From Octopus vulgaris (Eukaryota): a stretch of DNA of 64,000 nucleotides. Both the position numbers and the translations under genes were made by a program. The stretch's first letter is position 1, and every line of letters starts with the position of its first letter. The notes under the pieces are model-generated. The model did no database searches, had not been told where the DNA came from, and saw nothing but the letters and a program-made list of their open reading frames with translations. The stretch covers positions 48,484,001 to 48,548,000 of the forward strand of contig OX597830.1 of NCBI GenBank assembly GCA_951406725.2, read 5' to 3'. Below, in pieces: positions 1-12,950 of the stretch.

Positions 1-456
1 ATGATTGATATCATAAATGGGCTTGTGAGTGGGTATATATGGGAGAGGGAAGGGAAGGGAATAAAAAATAAAATAGGGGTTAATGAGTAAAAAAAAAAAT
101 CAGAATAAAAATAAAATAAAAATAAAGGTAATGAAAGAGATATCTCAGTATTACATCGGGGGGCTAGAGGTCAAACGTTAAAATTTCAGTAAAGTGGTGG
201 AGAGTTACAAAGGACAATATTATAGTGCAGAAGTTCTCAAACTTTTGGGGTCACCGCCATCCCCCACATGACCACATAATACCCTCAGTACCCAGCCCTA
301 TTTTTATACATAAATTTTATATTTTACTCATCTATATATACTATGAATCATTTGATATTTAATATAATATTATATAATTTGTATATCATACTATAATAAT
401 ATTATGATAAATTCATAGCGTCCCCCAATCCACTGCCTTCCTCTCAACGTCTCCTT

Positions 457-480
<24 letters not shown>

Positions 481-487
<7 letters not shown>

Positions 488-640
488 ATCATGTGACCGA
501 CCAGTCCATCAGATGTAGTTACACGTCGTTGGTCACAATGCGTTCGCATTGTTTTAGCCTTCGAATGACACCACCCCGCTGGCTTAGCGATCAGGCCAAT
601 ATATAAATATTGACCTGGTCGGTCACGTGATCACTTGATA
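481..640. mobile_element. SINE tail fragment with terminal foldback
   Basis: 481-600 matches the SINE tail at 54473-54590; ends tcacgtgatcatgtgaccgaccag and ctggtcggtcacgtgatcacttga are inverted copies. Confidence 0.7.
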
Positions 641-1012
641 TAACAAAAAGCCATGAACATGTTTGTGATATTACAAAGAACATATATTACCTGGTGCTTT
701 ACAGAGTGTTGTATTGACACTATGTAATATTGAAGAATAAGCGTATAAACAACATCGTATTTACAAACAAATGAAATAACTTGCTTTTATACAATATCTT
801 CTTGTATAGTTAAAAGGGAACTCGGGTAGTGACTATAGCCTACAACATAGACTGAAACCGGTCCAGTTTTTTCCTAGTTTTCTCTCCACAAAAATTTTGA
901 TAAAAAGCCGCGTGCTTCGTTTCTTTTTCTTTTCTGTTTTTTTTTTTTTCTTTTGTTTTTTTAGCATCCGTCTACATGTAGTATTTATGTAGTAATATAT
1001 TATATGTCTTGA

Positions 1013-1098
1013 GGCAGCGAACCTGCAGAATCGTTAGTACGCCTTCTTTACGTTCTGAATTGAAATTCTACCTTGGTCAATTTTATCTTCCATCCCTT
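1013..1098 (+). mobile_element. Truncated family-B SINE
   Basis: ggcagcgaacctgcagaatcgttag...ttccatccctt resembles the head and core of the 15167 copy. Confidence 0.6.
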
Positions 1099-1905
1099 CA
1101 TGGTAGATGAAGAAAATTGATGAGAGCTTGGCTAAATAGGGAAGTATCTGTCTTCAAATCTTTCAGACGAGTCCACCACACAGCCTCATTTTCCACAACC
1201 ACTAAGCAGAAAAAGATCTGCCTTCCTTCTCTGTTAAAAGAAGGTGGTGCATCGATCTTCACTATACACTCGGTGGACAGCTGGATTCGCCTTACAAAAG
1301 GCAGCAGCTGCTCAACACAAGCCCACAAGTCTGTAAGATACGGGCTCTGAACGACTGCATGCAGAACAGTTTCGTCCCCCTGCATGCATCTCGGGAAAGT
1401 TTAGCTGTTGGCACTTCCATGCCTGTAGAGCTTGTCCCGAACAGGTAATGCCAACACCAGCTCACCCTTATTTTCGTCGCCGTTGTTTACACTATCGTCA
1501 AGGATGGCATCCCAAGACCACCACAGAGTCGGTGTTGACAGCAGATGGATTTTCTGACAAGCGGAACTTGACCCTTCCTTAAGAATCGAAAAAGCAAGCG
1601 TTCCGATCTATTTTCTTGAAGACAAAGTACGACGGTTATGTATGCACTCACTTCTTCCACCCGGCCTTTCAGAGACAGCTTCCCTTCTGCCCAGTCCTGG
1701 GTGAGCTTGGCCACCTTGACCATGAGCTCTTCCCAGTTCCTATTTACAAGGAGACTTGGCTTGAGCCAGATTCCGAACACTTTCACCAGACCCTCCGTTC
1801 AGCGACAGAAAGCGTCACTAGTCAACATGGACTTACCTATCCAAGAGCCTAGTTGCAAACCTACTGATTTATCCCGGTTTATGTGTGCTGCTGTACAGAT
1901 CTGAT
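1098..1905 (-). pseudogene. L1/Tx1-clade non-LTR ORF2 C-terminal fragment (post-RT region and zinc knuckle)
   Basis: KVFGIW..NW..KLSLKGR..LLFRFL..GGLGMP, then ALPVRDKLYRHG..FPRCMQGDETVLHA; stops and deletions present. Confidence 0.8.
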
Positions 1906-2311
1906 TTTCTTTCTGCAGAATATCATAATTGAAATAGAATGTCCTGCTAGTTAACGTGTAAAACTTATGCTAAAGGCGTCAGACGAGATAAGAACTCTGC
2001 TTAGCAGAATTTCCTAATACCTGGATGTGATAAACAAACAAGTCACCAGAAAAAACATTCACATAAAAATACATGAAAACAAATATAGCTGCAAGAATTA
2101 CAGTCCGAATATCAGAAGAAAACCAAATGGTACGAACAGGTGTTCGTTACGACAAAGACGCCAGGTAATATTCGTCCGGCACTCCCGTCGTAACCACTTT
2201 ACCTGAAGATTGCTTTCGGCGTGAAACTACGAGAGAAATAATTACACTAATTTCTCAAAATCTATATTCAGTTCTAGAGGTTTGATATTCGTCCGGCACT
2301 CTGCGTTTATT

Positions 2312-2312
2312 G

Positions 2313-2357
<45 letters not shown>

Positions 2358-2456
2358 CACCACCACCACCACCACCACAACCACCACCACCACCACTACC
2401 ACCACCACTACCACCACCACTACCACCACCACCACCACCACTGCATTTATTAGACA

Positions 2457-2500
<44 letters not shown>

Positions 2501-2524
2501 CACCACTACCACTGCATTTATTAG

Positions 2525-2556
<32 letters not shown>
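2312..2556. repeat. (CTA)n/(CCA)n compound microsatellite
   Basis: Direct reading. Confidence 0.95.
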
Positions 2557-2557
2557 C

Positions 2558-2936
2558 GGAAGCACTCCGTCGGTTACGACGACGAGGGTTCCGGTTGATC
2601 CGATCAACGGAACAGCCTGCTCGTGAAATTAACGTGTAAGTGGCTGAGCACTCCAGAGACATGTGTACCCTTAACGTAGTTCTCGGGGATATTCAGCGTG
2701 ACACAGAGAGTGACAAGGCCGGCCCTTTGAAATACGAGTACAACAGAAACAGGAAGTAAGAGTGAGAGAAAGTTGTGGTGAAAGAGTACAGCAGGGATCA
2801 CCACCATCCCCTGCCGGAGACTCGTGGAGCTTTAGGGGTTTTCGCTCAATAAACACTCACAACGCCCGGTCTGGGAATCGAAACCACGATCCTACGACCG
2901 CGAGTCCGCTGCCCTAAACACTGGGCCATTGCGCCT

Positions 2937-2939
<3 letters not shown>
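2558..2939 (-). mobile_element. tRNA-derived SINE, family A (octopus OR/OK-like), full length, inserted in (TAC)n
   Basis: Minus-strand head gaggcgcaatggcccagtg...gtttcgattccc with A/B boxes; near-identical to copies at 10862 and 27961. Confidence 0.9.
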
Positions 2940-3019
<80 letters not shown>

Positions 3020-3429
3020 GAGCTGAGAATAGAAGATCGAGAAATTAAGCTTCCATCTATAAAGATCATGTGGAGTATTCTATCTCTAATGAAATTTGTT
3101 AAATCAATCGCCCTCTTATCAGAACTGCGTGGGTGTGTAACACTAAAAAAGCACTACTTTACAATAGAGGATTCTTGAGATATTTGTTCTGCGTCGACTT
3201 ACACAGGCACGCCCTGGTCACACTCGTCGTAAGTTCCTGAAACAAGGATTTGTGAAAGCAGCAATGGACGATGTTGTTGTCCACCAACTGCGATGTAAAA
3301 TTAATGTATGACGTGTGTTGGGGGTTATGTATTCTTTTCCACTCAAGGCACAAGGCCTTTGGGGGTTATGTGTTACTTCGCCGACATTGTTGTGGCTGCT
3401 GCTGAGAGTGGCTGAAGGAAAGTTATGCG

Positions 3430-4100
3430 ACAATTTATAAGATATAAACTCAACCCCTTCTATATGGTGTTATATGATGTTATAGTAACGTTAAAAGGGT
3501 TCGACGTACTCCTATATGATATTATAGTAACCATATATAACGGACAACCCTACCCCTATATCATGTGATAGTGAAATTTATAAGGAGCAGTCACTCCTAT
3601 ATGATGCTATGGTAATAATTTATAAGGGACAACATTCACCCCTTATATGATGTTATAATGACATTTATAAGGGACAACCACCTTCCTATATGATGTTACA
3701 GTAACAATTTATAAGGAGTAGCCTCACTCCTGTATGTTATAGTAACATTTATAAGGAACAAACTCCCCGTCTATGACGTTATAGTAACTGTTTATAAGGG
3801 ACAGCCTACCCCTATACGATGTTACAGTAACAATTTATAAGGGACACCTCATCTCGAAATGAGTAACAATATATCAAGAGTTGTCTCCTACTGTATGATA
3901 TTACCCAATTTACAAGGGACATCTTCCCCTATATGATGTTATAGTAACAATTTACAAGGGACACCACACCACCCCCACCCCAAATGATGTTGTACTAACA
4001 GTTTATAAGGGACAGCCTCATTCTTAAATGATGCTATAGTGACATTTATAAGAGACAACATCAACCCCTCATATGATATTATATTAATAATTTATAAGGG
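3430..4100. repeat. Degenerate ~40-43 bp minisatellite, roughly 15 units
   Basis: Unit approximately tatatgatgttatagtaacaatttataagggacaacc-cccc. Confidence 0.9.
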
Positions 4101-4197
4101 TCACTTCCCTAATTAAATTCTCTTCTCCCTCAACCTCTCTCATTTTCTGTTTTATTCATTTTATAATACTTCCTCCTTTTCCTTTTACTTCCTAATT

Positions 4198-4574
4198 TTC
4201 TTCTTCTTCTTCTTCTTCTTCTTCTTCTTCTTCTTCTTCTTCTTCTTCTTCTTCTTCTTCTTCTTCTTCTTCTTCTTCTTCTTCTTCTTCTTCTTCTTCT
4301 TCTTCTTCTTCTTCTTCTTCTTCTTCTTCTTCTTCTTCTTCTTCTTCTTCTTCTTCTTCTTTGTCTTCTTCTTCTTTTCTTCTTCTTCTTCTTCTTCTTC
4401 TTCTTCTTCTTCTTTTTCTTCTTTGTCTTCTTCTTTTTCTTCTTCATCTTTTACTTCTTTTCTTCTTCTTCTTCTTCTTCTTCTTCTTCTTCTTCATCTT
4501 TTTCTTCTTCTTCATCTTTTTCTTTTTTTCTTCTTCTTTTTCTTTTTCTTCTTTTTTCTTCTTCATTATTATTA

Positions 4575-4617
<43 letters not shown>
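4198..4617. repeat. (TTC)n followed by (ATT)n microsatellite
   Basis: Direct reading. Confidence 0.95.
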
Positions 4618-4867
4618 CACCCTATACTCTAACCCCCTCCCCCCGTTCTCCCTCCTTTCCACTACGATACACTAATATCAGTAATGTTTCACTCCTTCTC
4701 TTCTCAATTATCTACCTCCTTCTCTTCCCCCAGTCATCTTTATACACGCCTTTCCCTCTTTCTCCTTTCCCTCTATTTCTCCCCTCTCCCTCAATCATCC
4801 CGTCCTTTCACATACACACACACATTCACCACGCGCGTACGCGCACACACATATACTCACACACACG

Positions 4868-5292
4868 CTCTCTTTCTCTCTGTCTTCCTGTTTCCTTCTT
4901 CCACTCTCCCTTTCTATCTCTGTCTAACTGTCTCTCTCACTCTCTCTCTCTCTCTCGTTCTTCTGCTCTCTCTCCTTCTCTCTCTCCCCTTCCTACTTCT
5001 GTCTATCTGTCTCTCTCTCTCTCTCATCTTCCTCACTCCCTCTCTCTTTCTCCCTCCCCTCTCTCTCTCTCTTCTGATCTCCCTCTTTCTCTCTCTCCCC
5101 TTCCTACTTCTGTCTGTCTGTCTCTCTCTCTCTCATCTTCCTCACTCCCTCTCTCTTTCTCCCTCCCCCTCCCTCTCTCTCTTCTGCTCTCTCTCCTTCT
5201 CTCTCTCTCTCTCCCCTTTCTACTTCTGTCTGTCTGTCTGTCTCTCTCTCATCTTCCTCACTCCCTCTCTCTTACTCCCCTCCCTCTCTCTG
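4868..5292. repeat. CT-rich compound repeat with three ~110-125 bp higher-order units
   Basis: cctacttctgtct...ctcatcttcctcactccctctctc recurs three times. Confidence 0.8.
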
Positions 5293-5626
5293 TTTTATAG
5301 GCACCGGCCATCGTGGATCTGTCAGTTAACATCTGAAGACCCCTTGATTCTTCTTGGGAAAGGTACAACACTTACATAAGGGTCGGGACTGATTCACGTG
5401 ACACAAGGACGCACCCACACACAGGTGGGAGTTGCCTCCTCGGAGCTGTGTATATTTTAACCACAAGACCGACTTTTACTAGTTGACCCTGATTGGGGGT
5501 CCTTGTCAGGTTCTGGCACACTGGGCTAAGTTGTCATGATCACGAAGGAGTAATTCCATACTCCCCAAAACCCTTGAACTCCTGAGCTGCAACATCACTG
5601 CGGGGTGTATTTTAATGTCTTGACCA

Positions 5627-5662
<36 letters not shown>

Positions 5663-6420
5663 CTCTCTCACTCACATACACATACTCACACACACATACA
5701 TTTACATACACATGAACACACGCATATAAATGAACACACATACACGAGCACTCATACATCCCCACATGCACAAATACACACACACGTATTAACACATTTG
5801 AACACACACACACACACATTAACAAACGTATACACACATACATACGCACACATGAATGCATGAACACATACGTTCACCGACACATGAACGCACACACATA
5901 CATGAACACAGACATATGAAACATACATACAGGACCACTCATACAGACACACATGCTCAAACACGCACAGACGGATGCATATGAACACACACACACAGTC
6001 ACACATTGAGAGAAACACACACTCACATACACACAAACACACACACTCACACACACTCACACGTTTAGAGAAACACACACACACGCACACACACACACAC
6101 ACACTCACTCACACGTTTAGAAAACACACACACACACACTCACACGTTTAGAGAAACACACACACACGTACACATACACACACACACACACACACACTCA
6201 CACGTTTAGAGAAACACACACACACACTCACACGTTTAGAAAAACACACACACACGTACACATACACACACACACACTCACACGTTTAGAAAAACACACA
6301 CACACGTTTAGAAAAACACACACACACATACACACACACGTTTAGAAGAACACACACTCACACACACATACACACACACTCACACGTTTAGAGAAACACA
6401 CACACACATGCGCAAACACA
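5627..6420. repeat. (CA)n-derived array with periodic cacgtttagagaaa unit
   Basis: About 8 cacgtttag(a)gaaa units in 6060-6400. Confidence 0.85.
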
Positions 6421-6612
6421 ACGTTTTCGAATAGAATGCAATCAGCTGAACAAAAACAAAAACAATAAAGAAAAAAACCTACCAACGATTACAACAACAA
6501 CAACAACAACAACAGCTGTGAGCAGCGGAGCCTTAACTACGACGACGACGGCAACAATAACTAGTCTAATATGTCAACTGTTCGGCTGGACGACTGATTG
6601 CCGAAGGTAAAG

Positions 6613-6643
<31 letters not shown>

Positions 6644-6950
6644 CTAATAATTGCCAATATTAATAGATATATGTGCTGTGGATTGGTTAATTGCTGCTTT
6701 ATTGACAATTACAGGGGGTTAAGCAGAGAACAGCATGTGTGCAGCTGGGATAGCATCTCATTTAGCTTGCTGGGGCCAGCAGTCTGTACTATTGACACTT
6801 CCGGTCCGATAGAGATGTCGTTAGCAGCCACTAACATGGCTGTACAGGCACCAGAAAACTCGACAACTGTCTACTCGGCTACGAAACCTCTCTCTCCCTC
6901 CTCACTCTCTCTCTTTCTCTCTCTCTTTCTTTCTTTCTCTTCTCTGTCTG

Positions 6951-7015
<65 letters not shown>

Positions 7016-7029
7016 TTGCAAAAAAAAAA

Positions 7030-7360
7030 AAGAAATATAACATGTGACTTCATTAACCGAGGTTACCATGGTCTTTTCCGTAGGCTTTTGTTTCCACGGG
7101 TAAACCTGACCTGTCCTCCCCTTTACACTTCATATTGACATTTCTGTGATTACGATCCCTATTGATCAACTTTTTTTTTCCTCTCCCCTTCCCCCCCTTT
7201 TTTTAAAAATCCTCCCCTTTTTTTTTGTCCTCTTTCTTTCCTTTTACGATCCCCTTTGATCGAAAACCAACCTCCTTTTTTTTTTTACCCCCAAAAGAAA
7301 AGCTCTACCTTGTAATTTGTTCTGTCTGTGTGCAGCCCTGTGTGGCTAATAAAGAAACAT
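7030..7360 (+). mobile_element. Probable non-LTR 3' UTR fragment inserted in (TATC)n
   Basis: Pyrimidine-rich, ends gcagccctgtgtggctaataaagaaac (AATAAA), TATC arrays on both sides. Confidence 0.5.
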
Positions 7361-7386
7361 ATCTATCTATCTATCTGTCTGTCTAT

Positions 7387-7607
7387 CACGATAGGGTGCT
7401 GAAAAGTCCCTGGCTTTAGAGGGTGTCGCGAAAGGCCTGGCTGGAGGCCCTACCTTGCGAGTTCATTTACAGGGCTTAGAAAAACTGAAGGACTGCTGCA
7501 ATAAGTGTGTAACTCTGAGACAGAAATACGTTGAATAAAATCATAATTAACAAATCCTCCTGTATTTTCTTTCACCCAAAGCAAGGGACTTTTCAACACC
7601 CCGCGTG
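7387..7607 (+). mobile_element. Non-autonomous mariner-derived MITE
   Basis: TIRs cacgatagggtgctgaaaagtccctggcttt / aaagcaagggacttttcaacaccccgcgtg; interior encodes mariner C-terminus NKCVTLRQKYVE*. Confidence 0.8.
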
Positions 7608-8312
7608 TGTTTATTCCTTGAGTTGTATGTCTTGTACTCTGTTTTTTCGTTGTTTGAAAAAAGTCCGTTTCCATGTTTTTGTTTTTATGGGATTTGACTA
7701 TACAAGTTGAAAGGAATATACATTTTCGGAGGACTTTCAACTCTTTTTTTATTTTTCAGTGATGATCGCACCCTCTTATTTTTTCAATCCTTCTTCCTAA
7801 AATTGACATTTTTGAAAGGTCACCAGCCCTTGTGAGAAAATGTGACTATTTACAAATATGTATACAATGAAAAAAAGAAGAAAAAATGAAAGGAAAAAGA
7901 AAAATGAAAAATGCTTTGTAATGAAATTTCATTGAACTGACCACATCAAATTGAAAAGAACCCCCCTCTCTCTATCTATCCTTTCCCCATCCTGCATTAT
8001 TTTTTCTCCTCTTTCTTGATTGCCCTGAACCCCCTCTCTCTGTCTATTTCCCCTCTTTGATTTTCTTTCTCTCTCTCCCCCTTTAAAAAAAAACAAAAAA
8101 AATAATATTCTCCTCTTTTAAGCAAAGCAAAAAAGCATCCGATTCATATAAATGAACAACGAAACATTCTGTTCTTACCATTTTGATTTTGTCTTGACGA
8201 GTTCGAAAAACGGACGAAAGTGCCAATAAAGAATTATCCAAAATTCTGACTGCCTCCTTCTTCTCAATATGCACTATCTGTACATCACTTCAAACACTCT
8301 ACACACACACAC

Positions 8313-8363
<51 letters not shown>

Positions 8364-8937
8364 TATAAATCGAGATGGTGACTGCACTCCAGAAATAAGA
8401 CGGCGGATAGTACTAGGCAGAGAGGCATTGGTCAGCATGAGCAGGGTCTGGAAGAGTAGAGACATCAGACTCGCTACCAAATGCAGATTGGTGAATGCAA
8501 TTGTCTTCCCAATAGCAACATATGGATGCGAGACCTGGACACTAAAGAAAGCTGACCAGAAGAGAATTAATGCATTCGAGCTTTGGTGTTGGAGAAGACT
8601 TTTGCGGATTCCATGGACAGCGAGGCTCACCAATGGAGAAGTTCTTAAGCAGATAAGGCCGAAAATGTCGCTAGAAGCTACGATCACCAAGCATAGATTG
8701 GCATATTTTGGTCATATTATGCGGAAAAAATCCCTGGCGAAGGACATCATGCTCGGAATGGTCAGTGGCAAGAGAGGAAGAGGCCGACCAAGAACCCGCT
8801 GGCTTGACACCATCAAGAGTGATACCGGAATGTCCATAGCCAATCTGAAAGAAGCGGCCCAGGATAGAACTGACTGGAGGACACTGATCCAACGAGTGAC
8901 CCAGAATCGACTTCGACTGAGCGGATAGAGAGAGATA
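8364..8937 (+). mobile_element. 5'-truncated RTE-clade (BovB-like) LINE, ORF C-terminus still open
   Basis: EIRRRI..TKCRLVNAIVFPIATYGCETWT..AFELWCWRRLLRIPW..YFGHIMR..GKRGRGRPRTRWLD. Confidence 0.92.
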
Positions 8938-10075
8938 CACACATATGGGGTAGATTTAGTTAACGAAAGCTTTCGAAGCTGTGCCCAATGACTGACACAA
9001 GTAAAAAGGTTAAAGATAGAATGAATAAAAATCCAAAGTCGATATTTGTAAGATTGGAATGCCACAATGTGAGATTCAAATTAGACAGGGCATTGGGGCA
9101 AAGGATAATGCAACTGTGTTTATTATTCACGCCTTCCCTTATAGTATTTGTAGTGTGAGTTCTAGACAGGTCAACGCTCCTGACTTTAAACAAGAGTGCA
9201 TTTAGCACCAAAAGCCAATATGAGAGTTTTTCTCATGGGGTCTACCGCAGTATAGCTTGTTCTAATAGAACATCCGAGTTTAAGTGGGGATAAATATTAC
9301 CTCTCGTATTAATACTGCCTCTCTTTGTATAAACAGCATCAAATATGTCAGCAGTGGAAACTAATTGCTTTATCGACATCTCACACTACCATTATTATCG
9401 CTATCACACTCCACCACTCCTACTACCACCGTCACCACCGCCCGCCACCATTCACCGTTGCTTGCCGCCGCCTCTGCTACTGCTGTTGCTGCGACTGCTG
9501 CTGGAGAAGGAGAAATAAGACCTTTTAAAAAAAGAGGAAGAACAACAATTTATATTACCTGGACAATAAGTATTCTAAAACAATACCGACAACAACAAAC
9601 ATACACACGATAAAAACCAGCAATAACCACAATAATAACACCTACAACAGCCACAATAACAAAAGCAAAAAAAAAACAAAAACAAAACAACACCACAACA
9701 AGCAGATAACAATAACAATAGTAACAACAATAAACAAGGGCTTAAAACGCGAATGAAAATGTTATTTGACGGCCAGTGTCTTGAGGGACAGTGTCCAGCA
9801 GTGACATGCAGAGCAGCTGACTGGGTTTGATCCAGTTTCACTCAGGAAGTGGATTGAAGGAGCAGGCAGGGATTAGGTGAAGAGCCTCCGGGTGGAAATG
9901 GGGAAAGTATGGCGGTGGTGGGCTGGCATGATGCTGTGGCGGCGGTGGACGGCGGCGGGCGAATCATTAATCAGTTTTATGTAAACTCCAGAGGCTAAAG
10001 GTTTCGTAATACAGACATACACACACACACACTCATACATTACATATGTGTGCGTGTGTATATACATATGTACAC

Positions 10076-10198
<123 letters not shown>

Positions 10199-10286
10199 AA
10201 CGTACATATGTACACACACTCATACATACATAACTGTGCGTGTGTATACATATATGTACACCTCCATATATATATATATGTATATA

Positions 10287-10324
<38 letters not shown>

Positions 10325-10535
10325 CAATCGTACATATGTACACGCACTCATACATATATAAATGTGCGTGTACACACACACACACACACACGCATATATA
10401 TGCACACAAACGTACATGTATGTGGTGGGTAGGTAAGTTTATTTACTAGGCTTTTACAGAGGTGTAATCATGTTTAATCTAGTTTTGAACAAGTCTGTCA
10501 ACTAGTCACAAATATATTACTCAACTCAGATATAT

Positions 10536-10589
<54 letters not shown>

Positions 10590-10861
10590 CTTAACTTTAC
10601 TTTCTGAAATATTGAATACTTTAATTAACAAGAGAAGGCTTTATTCCATTGTGCATGTATACAACGCACGTTTTTATAAATACATAAACATACAGTATAC
10701 ATAATAAATCCACATACTCGGAGTAATGCATCGCTTAGTACTACTCCATTTAGCGCTTGTTCGATTTATCATTTTTCTTCGAAGAGAACATGAGTGTCGT
10801 ACTGAAAGTGAAGCGAAAGTAGGTATAACTTTATTACCTGACATAGGCCGTTCATATTGTT

Positions 10862-11246
10862 GGAAGCACTCCGTCGGTTACGACGATGAGGGTTCCGGTT
10901 GATCCGAATCAACGGAACAGCCTGCTCGTGAAATTAACGTGTAAGTGGCTGAGCACTCCACAGACACGTGCACCCTTAACGTAGTTCTCGGGGATATTCA
11001 GCGTGACACAGAGAGTGGACAAGGCCGGCCCTTTGAAATACAGGTACAACAGAAACAGGAAGTAAGAATGAGAGAAAGTTGTGGTGAAAGAGTACAGCAG
11101 GCATCACCACCATCCCCTGCCAGAGCCTCGTGGAGCTTTAGGTGTTTTCGCTCAATAAACACTCACAACGCCCGGTTTGGGAATCGAAACCACGATCCTA
11201 TGACGGCGAGTCCGCTGCCATAACCACTGGGCCATTGCGCCTCCAC
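10862..11246 (-). mobile_element. Family A SINE, full length, 12-bp TSD
   Basis: TSD cgttcatattgt at 10849-10860 and 11248-11259. Confidence 0.92.
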
Positions 11247-11339
11247 TCGTTCATATTGTATTTGTTGGTAGAATAACTCCTTTTTTATGGTAACTCTTCT
11301 CCCTGTTCTTTACTGTACGCACGTAATGGGTATCATGCA

Positions 11340-12230
11340 TAAACACGTCATTTAGTTCTTGACAAAGACACCCACAGAAAAATACAAGTCGTTTGCGAAG
11401 ATGATAAGTGCAAAGTGCACAGATGGCTGAAGAAGTTTAAAGAAAGGATAATCAGCTTTGAAGACAAAGCATGCAGTGAGAGAGACCATCACTGCAACTA
11501 CTGTCACGAATCACTCGCGATTAGACAAATTGATTCGCGTAGACAGACAAGTTATGATCCGTGAGTTTGTTGCGCGACTGGTCTGTGGTCTGTGTAAAAT
11601 AGGACTTCGGCAGTTGATACCCGATTTGAATGAGAGTAGGATGGAAGCCTTCTCTGATCTGCTGGGCGTATCTTTATAAACCGGAAACGAAGGATCAATA
11701 CTTGGAATGACGTCACATCTCTTCTCCAAAGTCTAAACTGTTCAAGAGCCAACGATCAGCATAGAAATTCCTGGCGACTATTTTGAGGGACAACAAGGGC
11801 ATCATTCTAACTTCATTTTTCTGGAAAGCGGCTGTATTATGTAAGCGGTGCATTGAGACACTTAAAAAGCTTAGAGAAACGTTTAGCAGGAAGATACGAA
11901 CAAGAATCTCTAAACGACCCATTTACACCATAACAATGCTTGATCATACATCTTTGACAACAAAACTGGAAATCAGGAAATTGGGCTGGTCAGTGGTTTC
12001 CCCATACGCTGTACATGCCGGATCTGGAACCTTCCGACTTCCATCTGTTCGGTCCAATCAAGGAGAATCTTTGGGAACAACGTTTGAAGACACAGAGAAG
12101 GTGAAAGTGATTGTAGAGACATGGCTACAACAAAAGATTCAAGAGTTAGATTTAATGATGACACAAATGCATCGGTTGTAATGGAGACAATGCTGAGTAG
12201 TGACTTCGCGAACATGTAAGAAAACATAAG
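11340..12230 (+). pseudogene. Decayed mariner transposase
   Basis: RWLKKFK, LIRVDRQVMIRE, YKPETKDQYLEW, IFWD-like KGIILT, SGTFRLPS (frameshifted PDLAPSDFHLF); many lesions. Confidence 0.75.
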
Positions 12231-12299
12231 AAACAAGGATTCCCACTCATGCATTCTCCCACAAACACCCAAATTATTCACACAATTTTTTTATCAGTT

Positions 12300-12950
12300 A
12301 AAAGAGCTGGAAACTTCTTCGAAAAGTTTGAGGCATCAGAGATGCGCAAATTTGTCTATTAACCATTTGCTTGGTTTTCAAAGAACGGTGAATCTTATTT
12401 CATCTTCATTCTCTTTATTTTATTCGTAATTTACCTACAGAAGGGATTTCGTTGTCATTTGCAAGAAATTGTTTCATCTCACCTGTTTTCGTTAGTATCT
12501 TTTTTGTTTCTTTTTCCATTTATCCTTTCACCGATCGTTTGTAAATTTTCATATTTCTTTCACATTGCAGATACGAGCCTGAAGTTTCCTATCACGTCTT
12601 CCTTGTTTGCTCTCAGAAAGAGCCACTGCTCCTTGACTTTTCGTTCCCAGCCGGCGATCAACTGCAGTAAACAGTTGTCAATACGGGTGAACAAATCTAG
12701 TATGAGAGAATGAAGCTCGTAGGACAGGCTACCCAGTGGCAGCAATTTAGGCTCAACAAGTCGGTCACTTCACTGAGATTGGCATTTTGTAGGACTCTGC
12801 CTCCCTGATTGTGTCTCATTAAATCCTTGTAGATATCTCAGTCATAACCGTATTCCTACATATCACCAGTCCTAACGCAGTGGAACCTGGCAGCAGATTG
12901 ACCTTTTTACCAACAGAACCCATCTCTTCCACAGGAAATCAAAGGACAGA
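12300..12950 (-). pseudogene. Highly decayed R4/Dong-like RT N-terminal fragment
   Basis: LHSL..NCL..W....GNFRLVS resembles the GNYRPIT motif; LIDK-like motif downstream. Confidence 0.45.

Noticed and set aside
2860-2939. tRNA gene
   Set aside because: tRNA-like head of a multi-copy SINE whose other copies have TSDs; no proper acceptor stem or terminator
3430-4100. CRISPR-like array
   Set aside because: Eukaryotic context, no cas genes, and the variable parts are short and homologous to each other
5332-5370. CTGAAGA...GAAAGGTA hammerhead
   Set aside because: Only a 2-bp stem II and no convincing stem I or III
6671-7138. 155-aa ORF
   Set aside because: Runs through (CT)n and (TATC)n into a repeat UTR; no domain
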